From assembly GCA_964585715.1 (NCBI GenBank), contig CAZPEZ010000004.1:11727-75726 (forward strand): a DNA stretch of 64,000 nt. Reading direction: 5' to 3'. The position numbers and the translations under genes are program-made. Shown here one piece after another: positions 36,999-46,551 of the stretch. Origin of the DNA: an uncultured Terracidiphilus sp. GTDB lineage: Bacteria > Acidobacteriota > Terriglobia > Terriglobales > Acidobacteriaceae. How positions within the stretch are numbered: position 1 is the stretch's first letter; every line of letters starts with the position of its first letter. Below the pieces are notes generated by a model. The model worked only from the letters and a program-made list of their open reading frames with translations, was not told the origin of the DNA and made no database searches.

Positions 36999-38207
36999 CT
37001 ACAGCGTCACCAGTGTGCTCGCAAACTCGGAACGCTCGACCGGGGTCACATCGTGATCCGCGATCTGCACCCAGTTCTTGGGCTGGTAGATGCAGCACGG
37101 CTCTGGCGCCAGCGGATCACCGGTCAGCGCGTAGGCCCTTGCTCTTGACCCGCCGCAGATTTCTTTGAACTCGCAGGCTCCACATTTTCCTTCCAGGCGG
37201 CTCGTGTTGCGCAGCGCCTTGAATATCGGCGCGTTGCGATAGATCTCGGCCAGCGGTGTCTGGCGAATGTTCCCCGCATGAATCGGCAGAAAGCCGCTCG
37301 GATACACATTGCCCATATGCGAGATGAAGACGAATCCTTTTCCGTCGTTTACGCGGCGCGTAGCCCAGCCCTGCGTCCGTGTTTGAACGTCGGCTGTCGG
37401 AGTACCGGCTTCGTATTCTGCAGGCTGTCCGTGAGGATGGCCGTGTCCCATGCGCCGTTCCTGCAGATTGTGTTGCAGCAGGTAGCGCCGATAGTGCATG
37501 GCTTCGGTGGTCTTGATCTGGAAGTTGACCCGCTGCGAGAGCTCGTAGATCTTGCCGAAGACCTGCTCGAACTGCTCGCCGCTGAGTAAGTCGCCCAACT
37601 GGCCGCGCCCCACCGGAACCAGGAAAAACACGTTCCACATCACGATCGCCAGCTTCTCGAACAGCGCGCAGAGGTTGTCGAGGTCGTGGGCGTTGTGGCG
37701 GCTGATCGTGGTGTGCACCTGGATTGGGATACCTGCCTCGTTGGCCCATTCGATCGCTTGTATGGTGCGCGCCCATGCGCCGGGCAGTCCGCGGAACGCA
37801 TCGTGAATCTCGGGTGTGGATCCGTCGAGGGAGATGCCAAGCCGCACCAGCCCCGCTTCCTTCATCTGGAAGATCGATTCGCGGGTGAGCAGCGGTGTTG
37901 CGCTTGGCGTGACGGCAACCCTGACACCCTTCTCTGATGCGTATTGGATGAGATCGCAGAGGTCAGGGCGCTTGAGCGGGTCGCCGCCCGTGAAGACAAA
38001 GATGGGCACATGCAGATCGGCGATCTGGTCGATCAGCTTCTTGCCTTCCTCGGTCGATAGCTGATCCGGGTGGGCCAGCGGTTGCGCGGCCGCGCGGCAA
38101 TGCTTGCAGGCCAGATCACAGGACTGTGTGACCTCCCAGATCGCCAGAAAAGGTGCTTCGTCGAAGTTCAGCCCGCCTCGTGCGGGAATCTGTTGCATTG
38201 GCTGCAT
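36999..38207 (-). CDS. radical SAM/SPASM protein (AhbD/NirJ-like, TIGR04053-type)
   Basis: WEVTQSCDLACKHCRA (CX3CX2C), TGGDP, GKCGACEFKEICGGSRARAY, EPCC. Confidence 0.88.
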   Translation of the reverse strand: MQPMQQIPARGGLNFDEAPFLAIWEVTQSCDLACKHCRAAAQPLAHPDQLSTEEGKKLIDQIADLHVPIFVFTGGDPLKRPDLCDLIQYASEKGVRVAVTPSATPLLTRESIFQMKEAGLVRLGISLDGSTPEIHDAFRGLPGAWARTIQAIEWANEAGIPIQVHTTISRHNAHDLDNLCALFEKLAIVMWNVFFLVPVGRGQLGDLLSGEQFEQVFGKIYELSQRVNFQIKTTEAMHYRRYLLQHNLQERRMGHGHPHGQPAEYEAGTPTADVQTRTQGWATRRVNDGKGFVFISHMGNVYPSGFLPIHAGNIRQTPLAEIYRNAPIFKALRNTSRLEGKCGACEFKEICGGSRARAYALTGDPLAPEPCCIYQPKNWVQIADHDVTPVERSEFASTLVTL

Positions 38208-38348
38208 AGGGCCTCCCGTAGATCGCGGCCACCGGCCCGAGTGCTAAGGGCGGGGAAGCGTCGCGGGTGCCGTTCACATTCCGTCGGCCAGCCGCAGCGC
38301 TGCCACGATTGCTACGAGTTAAGGAGAGCAGTCCGGCACTCCAAAATC

Positions 38349-38364
38349 TGTGATTCAGATCACT
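38349..38364. promoter_or_regulatory. CRP/FNR-family site upstream of the radical SAM gene
   Basis: TGTGATTCAGATCACT. Confidence 0.65.
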
Positions 38365-38540
38365 TGTCGATCCCATTGACGTAGTGTGCGAATCGTCACT
38401 GGACAAAGCGCGGGAACAGGCGCAGAATCCGAATTATCGGCGAACCGTGCGAGCCATCGATCGAGCCAGGGTTCGCGCCTACCCGAACAGAGCACCCCCA
38501 CTCCGACGGTGTACAAAATCGGTCAGTCGACCCTCCGATA

Positions 38541-38556
38541 GGTGATTTGGATCACC
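38541..38556. promoter_or_regulatory. CRP/FNR-family site upstream of usp
   Basis: GGTGATTTGGATCACC. Confidence 0.65.
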
Positions 38557-38629
38557 TGACCAAGTGCCGCCGGGCACCGCAAACTACTATCCGAGCCTGC
38601 GACAGTACAACCAGTCCAGGGAGGTTCCC

Positions 38630-39589
38630 ATGGCAGCCGCATTGAAGCCAGGGTGGAGTAAACCCTCCACGATTCTCTTCGCCTCCGAGATCCCCGCCAA
38701 CGAAAAGGCTCTCAGCTTTGCTGTCGCTCAAGCCAAAGAGTTTGGCGCAAATCTCATTCTGTTTCATGCCTATGACACGATGGTAGTGGCCGCATCGGAG
38801 ACCTCCGGCATTCGCTACTACGACTACGCTGCTGCCGCCCGTGCCGAAATCGAACATCTCCAACCCCTCGCGGAACAGATACGGGAAGAGGGCATCTCCT
38901 GCGAAATCATCGTGCGTCCTGGCCTTGCGGCCGACCAGATTCTCGCCTTTGTGCGGGAACGGGCTGTGGATCGCATCGTGATGGGAACTCACGCTCCGGG
39001 TCCGGTCGGAAAACTTCTCGTCGGATCGGTTGCCGAAGCCGTGCTGCGCTCTTCGAGGATTCCGGTGTGCATCGTCGGCCCGGATGTCATCGACGGCAGG
39101 TACCGCAACTATGCAACCAACACCGTACTGTGCGCCGTCAGCCTGAATGAATCGAGCGAGATGATTGTCCGGTTTGCCTCAGAGCTGGCTGCTAGACATC
39201 ATGCCCGTCTCGTGCTGCAGCATGTGATCAAGCCCCAGGAAAGAGCCGAGGTTCTGGCGGGACGCACCTTCGAGGACCTTGAAGGCGACCTCCTCTCGCT
39301 GATCCCGGAAAAACTGCAACGAAAGCTCTCCCTCCAGGCGATCGTCGTTCCCGGCGATCCCACCGAAGAGCTCCTCTATCAGGCAAAAGCGCAGCAAGCT
39401 GACCTTATTATGCTCGGCGCGCACGGTGCGTCGGCCTTTGCTGCCATCGCCCGAGCGGGCGTTGTCTACAAAGTGCTGGCCCACGCGCATTGCCCGGTGA
39501 TTACCCTGTCACCCGCTTTGCTGGCCGACTGCGGTGTGACCGCTCTCCATGAACGGCGTGCTGAAGTTTTTCTTGCAGGCGTCTTTTAG
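38630..39589 (+). CDS. tandem universal stress protein (two Usp domains)
   Basis: DRIVMGTH...LLVGSVAEAVLR...PV and ADLIMLGAHG...VLAHAHCPVITL. Confidence 0.9.
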   Translation: MAAALKPGWSKPSTILFASEIPANEKALSFAVAQAKEFGANLILFHAYDTMVVAASETSGIRYYDYAAAARAEIEHLQPLAEQIREEGISCEIIVRPGLAADQILAFVRERAVDRIVMGTHAPGPVGKLLVGSVAEAVLRSSRIPVCIVGPDVIDGRYRNYATNTVLCAVSLNESSEMIVRFASELAARHHARLVLQHVIKPQERAEVLAGRTFEDLEGDLLSLIPEKLQRKLSLQAIVVPGDPTEELLYQAKAQQADLIMLGAHGASAFAAIARAGVVYKVLAHAHCPVITLSPALLADCGVTALHERRAEVFLAGVF

Positions 39590-39609
39590 ACCGTTCTCCC
39601 ACGATAACT

Positions 39610-41571
39610 TCAAGAAGGGCCTTCCTGCGCGAAGGCCTTTTTTGTGCGCCGCCCGTTAGTTCCGATGCCTCTCGTTGCTGCGCGCATTTTTGCGCCGGCG
39701 CACGTGCTGCACAGGACGCCAGTGATCCCCTTGCCCTCGGTGATCGTAAAGATGCGATCCATTTCTGGTAGCTTCACGGTCTCCTTCGCGCCAGAAGGCC
39801 AGTGAATCTCCGCCGTTCCTGCGTCGGTCGCATCTCCCAACCCAAAATGAGGCCGCTGGTCGTTCGATGAGATGTAGCTGCCCCCGCTGATTACGTCTTC
39901 GCGCTGGCGCATTCCATTGGCCGTCAGGTAAACGGTTGCTCCGATGGCATCGCGCGGGCTTGTGTTGCCTCTGGTGGGATTGGCACCGCCGACCAGCTTT
40001 AGCTCCACCCAGTGGTGGTGATCGGGATTCACGTTGCGCAGCAACACCGGCGGTCCGTCGATGGGATTGATGACCACGTCGACCTTGCCGTCGTTGAACA
40101 GATCGCCAAAGGCGGCTCCACGCCCCGAGGTTAGCGTGGCCAGCCCCGACCCCTTCACCGGCGGCAGATAGTCGAACTTGCCCGCGCCGTTGTTATGAAA
40201 CAGCAGCGGCCGCTCCGCAAAAGTTGTGCCCCAGGCGTGTTCGTCGACCTGCGGATAGACGTGGCCGTTGATCATCATCACGTCCTTCCACCCATCGTTG
40301 TCGTAGTCGATGAACCCGTCGCCCCAGCCCACAAAGGGCACCGGGATCTGCGCCAGTCCTGCTTCACCGGCGATCTCGGTAAAACTCGCGTCCCCGTCGT
40401 CGCGGTAGAGCGCCTTGTAGTCGTCAGAGAAATCGGTCACCAGCAGATCAAGCAGCCCGTTGTTGCGATAGTCGCCGACCGCCAATCCCATCGACGCGAT
40501 CTCCCGTCCGTCGTTGTTCAGCGCAAATCCGGAGATATAGCTTCGATCGTCGAACGTACCGTCGCCCTTGTTGATGTAGAGATAATTCGGCTCGGAGTCG
40601 TTCGCGACCAGCAGGTCCGGCCTGCCGTCGTTGTTCACGTCCACAAAGATCGCCGTGAACCCGTAGTAGGCGCCGGGATCGGAGACGCCTGCCGTGACAC
40701 TCACGTCGGTAAATGTCCCATCGCCATTGTTGTGGAACAGGTGATCCGGCTCGCCCGGCAGTCCGCGCGGACCGCACATCACTTTGAAGCCGTGCAACTG
40801 GCAATAGGCGAACGGCACGCCACCCTTGTCCGAATCGGGCTCATGATTCAGGTCGTAGTGCACATAGCCTGAAACGAACAGGTCCAGCCGTCCGTCGCCG
40901 TCGTAGTCGCCCCACGTCGCACCGTCGGACCAATTGCCCAGCGCGACGCCTGCTTTTTCGGCTACATCCGTAAAGGTTCCGTCGTGGTTGTTGCGGTAGA
41001 GCCGATTCTTGCCGAAATTGCAGACAAAAATGTCGGGCCAGCCATCGTTGTCGAAATCGCCGATCGCTACACCGAATCCCCAGCGGTCGTTCGTGACTCC
41101 GGCCTGCGCGGCCACATTTGTAAAAGTCCCGTCGTGATTGTTGTGGAACAGCGCCGCATGCGGCGGGGTCTTTTTTCCCGTGAGGGCATCGTACGTCGAC
41201 CCGTTCACAAGATAGATATCGAGCCATCCGTCGTTGTCGTAGTCGATCAGTCCCACCCCGGAGCCATCGGTTTCGAGAATGTACTTCTTCTGCGGCGTGC
41301 CCATCACATGGCTCCATGACGCCAGGCCCGACGGCTTGCTCACGTCCTGGAAGACGACGGTCCCTTTGTCTACAAATCCGCCGGCGGTGATCGGCCGTTT
41401 CTGTTCGTCGTACACCGGCGCAAAGGTTCCAGCCGACGAGATGCCGCCGCTCATTCCGCCTTGCTGCTGTTCAGACGGTGTCGGCCCTGGCTGCTTCTTC
41501 TGTGCGGATAGTTGCGAGAACGAGATTGCGACGGCGAAGACCAGACCAACCGCCGTGCGCGAGGTCGCCAT
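39610..41571 (-). CDS. CRTAC1-like FG-GAP repeat / ASPIC-UnbV protein
   Basis: Repeated DYDNDGWLD and NNHDGTFTDV motifs, GRGAAFGDLFNDG, HFGLG, IHWPSG; signal peptide. Confidence 0.9.
   Translation of the reverse strand: MATSRTAVGLVFAVAISFSQLSAQKKQPGPTPSEQQQGGMSGGISSAGTFAPVYDEQKRPITAGGFVDKGTVVFQDVSKPSGLASWSHVMGTPQKKYILETDGSGVGLIDYDNDGWLDIYLVNGSTYDALTGKKTPPHAALFHNNHDGTFTNVAAQAGVTNDRWGFGVAIGDFDNDGWPDIFVCNFGKNRLYRNNHDGTFTDVAEKAGVALGNWSDGATWGDYDGDGRLDLFVSGYVHYDLNHEPDSDKGGVPFAYCQLHGFKVMCGPRGLPGEPDHLFHNNGDGTFTDVSVTAGVSDPGAYYGFTAIFVDVNNDGRPDLLVANDSEPNYLYINKGDGTFDDRSYISGFALNNDGREIASMGLAVGDYRNNGLLDLLVTDFSDDYKALYRDDGDASFTEIAGEAGLAQIPVPFVGWGDGFIDYDNDGWKDVMMINGHVYPQVDEHAWGTTFAERPLLFHNNGAGKFDYLPPVKGSGLATLTSGRGAAFGDLFNDGKVDVVINPIDGPPVLLRNVNPDHHHWVELKLVGGANPTRGNTSPRDAIGATVYLTANGMRQREDVISGGSYISSNDQRPHFGLGDATDAGTAEIHWPSGAKETVKLPEMDRIFTITEGKGITGVLCSTCAGAKMRAATRGIGTNGRRTKKAFAQEGPS
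39615..39643 (+). terminator. intrinsic terminator for usp (overlaps the 3' end of the opposing CDS)
   Basis: GGCCTTC/GAAGGCC stem followed by T6. Confidence 0.7.
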
Positions 41572-41574
41572 GAG

Positions 41575-43518
41575 CTAGGGCCTGCTCACGCTACCGGAGC
41601 GGATGGCCGATGCGGTTTTTGTGTCTGCAGCTTTCGGATCGGCGCACGCCTTGCCTCCACACAGCGCAGCGACGATCCCCTTGCCCTCTTCGATGGTGTA
41701 GATGCGATCGACGGCGGGCAGCTTGATCGTTTGCTTTGCACCCGATGGCCAATGGATCTCAGCAATTCCCGGATCGCGCGCATCGCCGAGTCCGAAGTGC
41801 GGGCGCCTGTCGTTCGCTCCGATATAACTGCCGCTGGCCAGAACATCCTGCCGCTGGCGCATCCCGATGGCCTTCAGATACACCGTCGCACATGTCGCAT
41901 CGCGCGGACTCTTGTTGCCGTTGGCTGGATTGGCACCGCCGATCAACTGCATTTCCACCCAGTGATGGCGATCGGGATTCACGTTGCGCAGCAGCACCGG
42001 CGGGCCATCGACCGGATTGATCACTACGTCTATCTTTCCGTCGTTGAACAAGTCCCCGAACGCCGCCCCACGCCCTGGGATCACGACCGCCAGCCCGGTG
42101 TCCTTTACTGGAGGAACGTACTCGAATTTGCGGGCCCTCGGTCCGTCTGGCGCGTTGTGAAATAGCAACGGCCGCTCGGCGAAGGTCGTGCCCCAGTCGT
42201 GCTGGTCCACTTGCGGGTAGACGTGGCCGTTGACTTCAAACAGGTCGAGCCAACCGTCGTTGTCGTAGTCGAGAAACCCGTCGCCCCAGCCGACAAATGG
42301 AATCGACGTCTGAGCAACACCCACGCGATAGCTCACATCGGTGAAGCTCGCGTCGCCGTCGTTGTGAAACAGAACCTTGTAGTCGTCGCCAAAATCGGTG
42401 ACAAAAAAGTCGACGAGGCCGTTGTTCTCGTAGTCGCCAGCGGCAATGCCCATCGACGCGATCTCGCGCCCATCCTTGTTCAGCGCAAATCCCGAAAGAT
42501 AACTCTGATCGTCGAAAGTGCCATCTCCCTTGTTCATGTAGAGGAAGTTCGGCTCCGAATCGTTTCCGACCACCAGGTCCGGCTTGCCTTTGCCATTGAG
42601 CGAGATGAAGATCGTGCTGAAGCCGTAGTACTTGTCCTTGTCTTCGACGCCGGCCTTCACGGTCACATCGGTAAACTTCCCATCGCCATTGTTGTGGAAG
42701 AGATGATCCGGCTCGCCTGGCAACCCGCGCGGGCCACAGTTCACAGACGCGCCGCGATAGAGGCACGATGCGTAGCCCACAGCTTTTGTTCCCGCGATGG
42801 GTAGATTGTCGCGATCGAAATGTACGTAGCCTGTCACATAGAGATCGAGCAGTCCATCGCCATCGTAGTCACCCCACGCCGATCCGGGTGACCAGTTTCC
42901 AAGCGCAACGCCGGCTTGCTCGGCCTTGTCGGTGAACGTCCCATCGTGATTGTTGTGGTAAAGACGATTCTTTCCGTAGTTGCCGACGTAGAGATCGGGC
43001 CAGCCGTCATTGTCGTAGTCAGCGACCGAACATCCATAGCCCCAGCGATCGTTCTGTACACCGGCTTCTTTCGACACATCTGTGAACGTTCCGTCATGAT
43101 TGTTGCGGAACAGTGCGGCGTGCGGTGGTTCCTCTTTGCCGTCGAGCGAGTTGAAGGTCGCTCCGTTGACCAGATAGATGTCAAGCCATCCATCGTTGTT
43201 GTAGTCGATCAGGCACACGCCCGATCCGTTGGTCTCGACGATGAAGTCTTTTTGCGGCGATCCCATCTTGTGGATCCAGCCCGAAAGGCCTGCTTTCTTC
43301 GTGATGTCCTCGAAGATGAGGGGGCCCTTCTCGACAAAGCCACCAGCTGTAATGGGTCGATTCTGCTCGTCGTAGACGGGCTTGGACGCAACACCAGAAG
43401 CGATCCCGCCCATCCCACCCTGCTGTGGCGCCGTCTGCTGTCCTTGCTGCGTCTGCCCACCGGCAGGAAATAGAAGCAGGCAGACCAGGACCGAACAGAC
43501 GAGCGTACGACCATGCAC
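41575..43518 (-). CDS. CRTAC1-like FG-GAP repeat / ASPIC-UnbV protein (paralog)
   Basis: Same motif set as 39610-41571; GTG start after AAGGAG. Confidence 0.9.
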   Translation of the reverse strand: MHGRTLVCSVLVCLLLFPAGGQTQQGQQTAPQQGGMGGIASGVASKPVYDEQNRPITAGGFVEKGPLIFEDITKKAGLSGWIHKMGSPQKDFIVETNGSGVCLIDYNNDGWLDIYLVNGATFNSLDGKEEPPHAALFRNNHDGTFTDVSKEAGVQNDRWGYGCSVADYDNDGWPDLYVGNYGKNRLYHNNHDGTFTDKAEQAGVALGNWSPGSAWGDYDGDGLLDLYVTGYVHFDRDNLPIAGTKAVGYASCLYRGASVNCGPRGLPGEPDHLFHNNGDGKFTDVTVKAGVEDKDKYYGFSTIFISLNGKGKPDLVVGNDSEPNFLYMNKGDGTFDDQSYLSGFALNKDGREIASMGIAAGDYENNGLVDFFVTDFGDDYKVLFHNDGDASFTDVSYRVGVAQTSIPFVGWGDGFLDYDNDGWLDLFEVNGHVYPQVDQHDWGTTFAERPLLFHNAPDGPRARKFEYVPPVKDTGLAVVIPGRGAAFGDLFNDGKIDVVINPVDGPPVLLRNVNPDRHHWVEMQLIGGANPANGNKSPRDATCATVYLKAIGMRQRQDVLASGSYIGANDRRPHFGLGDARDPGIAEIHWPSGAKQTIKLPAVDRIYTIEEGKGIVAALCGGKACADPKAADTKTASAIRSGSVSRP

Positions 43519-43688
43519 CGAATAGAGCTCCTTAAGGGTGCAGTGTATCGTAGCCGCACGATGCCGGTCTCGTGGCCGGAGGCGGAGTCACTTGGTTCGT
43601 GCGAGCACAGCGAGCGCCGGTCAACGAATCCATGATCGTTGCGGATTCATCCATCCGGCGCTTGAGCGTCAAAATCTCGGTTCTTGCT

Positions 43689-43838
43689 TCAAAAGACTTT
43701 GAGCAGCACCAGAATCAGAACAATGGTGAGAATCAGGCTGAGTCCGCCCCCGCCGTAGTAGCCCCAACCGGGACCAACGCGATAGCCGCCGTAGCCGATT
43801 CCAAAGATGAGCAACAATAGAATGATGATCAACAGCAT
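43689..43838 (-). CDS. 49-aa DUF3309-like membrane protein (not in the ORF track)
   Basis: MLLIIILLLLIFGIGYGGYRVGPGWGYYGGGGLSLILTIVLILVLLKVF*, GAGGAGG RBS. Confidence 0.8.
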   Translation of the reverse strand: MLLIIILLLLIFGIGYGGYRVGPGWGYYGGGGLSLILTIVLILVLLKVF

Positions 43839-44101
43839 GTCTTCCTCCTCGCGCGCACACACTTGAATCGCTGGTCATGAGCAAGCGATTCTGCCAATCG
43901 TCAATCCCGGCTATGAACGGCCCGCATGGTTTTGACTTCCGGTTGGATGCAGACAAAGAGCTTTCCGGTCGTATATTCGATCCTTTTCGCGGCCCTCTCT
44001 TGAGCAGAAATCTCTTGTACGCAGCGAACAACCCCGCACTGACAGTCCGGCGTCCAAGGGTAGGTCGTCAGAAGTACGAGAAGTGCGCAGGAGGCAAGAC
44101 C

Positions 44102-44254
44102 ATGCTCTGGACCATCTTTGTGATCCTCCTTGTCCTTTGGCTGCTTGGCATTGTCAGCAGCTACACGCTTGGCGGATTCATTCACATCTTGCTCGTGATT
44201 GCGCTGGTTGTGCTCCTTATTCAGTTGATCAGCGGACGCAGGCCTGTGGTTTAG
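44102..44254 (+). CDS. 50-aa lmo0937-family membrane protein
   Basis: MLWTIFVILLVLWLLG...GGFIHILLVIA...ISGRR; AGGAGG RBS. Confidence 0.85.
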   Translation: MLWTIFVILLVLWLLGIVSSYTLGGFIHILLVIALVVLLIQLISGRRPVV

Positions 44255-44345
44255 CGAGAGAACGAATGCAGCAAGAGCCGTTCGGCGGCGCAAGTGTCCG
44301 CCGGAATTCATCCCTTCAACCCAGGAACTGGAACAGGAGCTGGAA

Positions 44346-44606
44346 ATGGACAAGGATCGCGTAAAGGGCACAGTCGATGATGCCGTAGGCCGTGCGAAGC
44401 GTCAGGTTGGCGAATGGACCGGCGACACACGCACCCAAGCCGAAGGCGCCGCGCAACAGATCAAGGGCAAGACAGAAAAGGTCGTTGGCCAAGTCAAGGA
44501 CGCTGTCCGCGACCTACGTACCGACGCCGATCGCGAACACACCCAGGCCGAGCGGGATCGTGAAAACGCGCACGCCGGCAGCGGCCCGAGTCACAGCCGC
44601 CGCTAG
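44346..44606 (+). CDS. csbD: CsbD-family stress protein
   Basis: MDKDRVKG...GRAKRQVGEWTGD...AEG...KG...GQVKDA. Confidence 0.88.
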   Translation: MDKDRVKGTVDDAVGRAKRQVGEWTGDTRTQAEGAAQQIKGKTEKVVGQVKDAVRDLRTDADREHTQAERDRENAHAGSGPSHSRR

Positions 44607-44642
44607 AGGAGTAAGAAAGACAGCCCAACTTCACGACCAACA

Positions 44643-44679
44643 CATCGGCGGCGCAATCATGCGCCGCCGATGCTTTTTT
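44643..44679 (+). terminator. intrinsic terminator after csbD
   Basis: 13-bp stem CATCGGCGGCGCA/TGCGCCGCCGATG followed by T6. Confidence 0.85.
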
Positions 44680-44877
44680 GACCGAAAGCCAAATGCGGAC
44701 GTCACTTTCGGCTGGGCAGGCTCGAACCCGCCGATTGGCTTGAATTTGACGCCACAGGTATACTGAGGCTGTCCGGCGGTGATTGCGACCGCCGCCTAAG
44801 CGAGGTGTGTCTTCCGCAGGGACTCGCGTTCATCGACGCTCGAGGTTCCGTTATCGGAGATTTCCAGATGGCGCGCC

Positions 44878-45777
44878 GTGTCCCGCGTGCTTCGAAGTCC
44901 TGTGGATGCTGTGAGTTGCACCGTCTTCCCGACTTCCTGTTCCGTCTGCGGTTCCCCCCTCCCGCGCCTTTCTTCCGTTCCAATTTGTGCTGCCTGCTGG
45001 TCTGAAGTACCCGTCCAGTCTGGATCCGCGTGCGCCCGCTGCGGCGACACCCTTGAGCGGCCCCAAAATTCCTTCGGTCCCGACCCTCAAGGCCTCTGCC
45101 GTGTCTGCCGTCTGGCCGCTCCGCCCTTCGTAAAAGCCATCGCCTACGGACCCTACGAGGGCCGCATACGCGACCTGATCCATGCACTCAAATATGACGG
45201 GCTACGTCCGGCTGCAAGTGGGTTGGGCAAACTGCTCGCCGATGCAATCCTGCAGCTTGCGCCCCAAGCGCCCGCGGAGATGCTCGTCGTTCCGGTTCCG
45301 CTGCATCGCGCCAAGCATGCCGAGCGGGGTTTCAACCAGGCACGCGCGGTCGCTGCCGAAGCGCTCTCCACCTTGCGCCGGCAGGTGCCAGGCTGGCTTC
45401 TCACGCTTGCACCTAGCACATTGATCCGACTTCGCGCGACCGAGAGTCAAGGCGGACGGACCACACGCCAGCGCCGCCTCAACATACGAGGAGCTTTCCG
45501 CGTCTCCGATCCGATGTTGGTTGCCGGCCGGCACATTCTTTTGGTCGACGACATACTCGCCACCGGCGCAACCGCGCGCGCAGCTTCGGGTGCATTGCTC
45601 GAGGCCGGTGCGGAGTCGGTCTATGTCGCAACCCTGGCTCGCGCACATCGCATCGATCGCGCTTTTGATCGCTCACTTGTGACGTTAGAAAGTACATCAT
45701 CTTCAACAGAGTTTCAGGCAGCAGAAGTCAACCATCGGCAAGCAACCATGAACGCGCAGAACCAACCATCTTTTTGA
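44878..45777 (+). CDS. comF: ComF-family protein (zinc ribbon + PRTase)
   Basis: CxxC pairs, [24 protein letters not shown]. Confidence 0.88.
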   Translation: MSRVLRSPVDAVSCTVFPTSCSVCGSPLPRLSSVPICAACWSEVPVQSGSACARCGDTLERPQNSFGPDPQGLCRVCRLAAPPFVKAIAYGPYEGRIRDLIHALKYDGLRPAASGLGKLLADAILQLAPQAPAEMLVVPVPLHRAKHAERGFNQARAVAAEALSTLRRQVPGWLLTLAPSTLIRLRATESQGGRTTRQRRLNIRGAFRVSDPMLVAGRHILLVDDILATGATARAASGALLEAGAESVYVATLARAHRIDRAFDRSLVTLESTSSSTEFQAAEVNHRQATMNAQNQPSF

Positions 45778-45791
45778 CTGGGGAGCAAAGG

Positions 45792-46409
45792 ATGTCGCTG
45801 GGAAAAGCTATGATTCATGCACGCAAGCAAAAATCGATCGCCAAGGCCACAGCGCTCGCCGCTGAGCAGCATGTTGCGCCGCAGGCCACTCACATTCTGC
45901 AGATGCCGGTGCTGGTGCTCAACGCCTCCTACGAGCCAATCAACATCTGCGGAGCGCGGCGTGCCCTGGTGTTGGTGCTCAAAGGCATCGCGCGCACCGA
46001 AGAAGAGCACGGCATGACCCTGCACGCGCAGCGCAGCCGCATCGCCATGCCTTCCGTTATTCGTCTTCTTGAATACCGGCGCATTCCCCATCAGACCCGC
46101 GCCCTGTCACGCAAGAACATCCTGCTGCGCGATCGCAACTCCTGCCAGTATTGCGGCGTCGTGCTCCCTTCCGCCGAACTGACCCTCGACCACGTTGTGC
46201 CCCGCTCCCGCGGAGGCAATTCGACGTGGGAAAACCTCGTCGCGTGCTGCCACTCCTGCAACCGGCGCAAAGGCAATCGCATGCTCAACGAGATCGACGA
46301 TATGATCCTGCTGCGCGAGCCGCGCCCCTTCTCTCTCCACACCAGTCGCCAGATCATGCGCATGCTGGGCCGCGGCGACGACCGCTGGCGCAAATACCTG
46401 TTCTATTGA
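45792..46409 (+). CDS. HNH endonuclease (McrA-like)
   Basis: [44 protein letters not shown]. Confidence 0.9.
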   Translation: MSLGKAMIHARKQKSIAKATALAAEQHVAPQATHILQMPVLVLNASYEPINICGARRALVLVLKGIARTEEEHGMTLHAQRSRIAMPSVIRLLEYRRIPHQTRALSRKNILLRDRNSCQYCGVVLPSAELTLDHVVPRSRGGNSTWENLVACCHSCNRRKGNRMLNEIDDMILLREPRPFSLHTSRQIMRMLGRGDDRWRKYLFY

Positions 46410-46551
46410 GAGAGGGGAATCAAGAGATCAGGAAGAGCACTGTACGATCCGCTGAGAATCGAGCGCCCGCATGCAGGCGCGCACGTTTCACGATCAAAGT
46501 ACTCCCACCTGCGCTTGCGAGAGGTTTCAAAGGCGCTGACATTGGAGTCCG

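Noticed and set aside
44705-44736. GGGTTCGAG on the minus strand as a tRNA
   Set aside because: The hairpin has a 6-nt loop and no D-arm, anticodon arm or acceptor stem could be built.
45792-46409. HNH protein as IscB/Cas9-like or homing endonuclease
   Set aside because: Only ~205 aa, with no RuvC motifs and no flanking repeats or intron context; it matches the common stand-alone McrA-like type.
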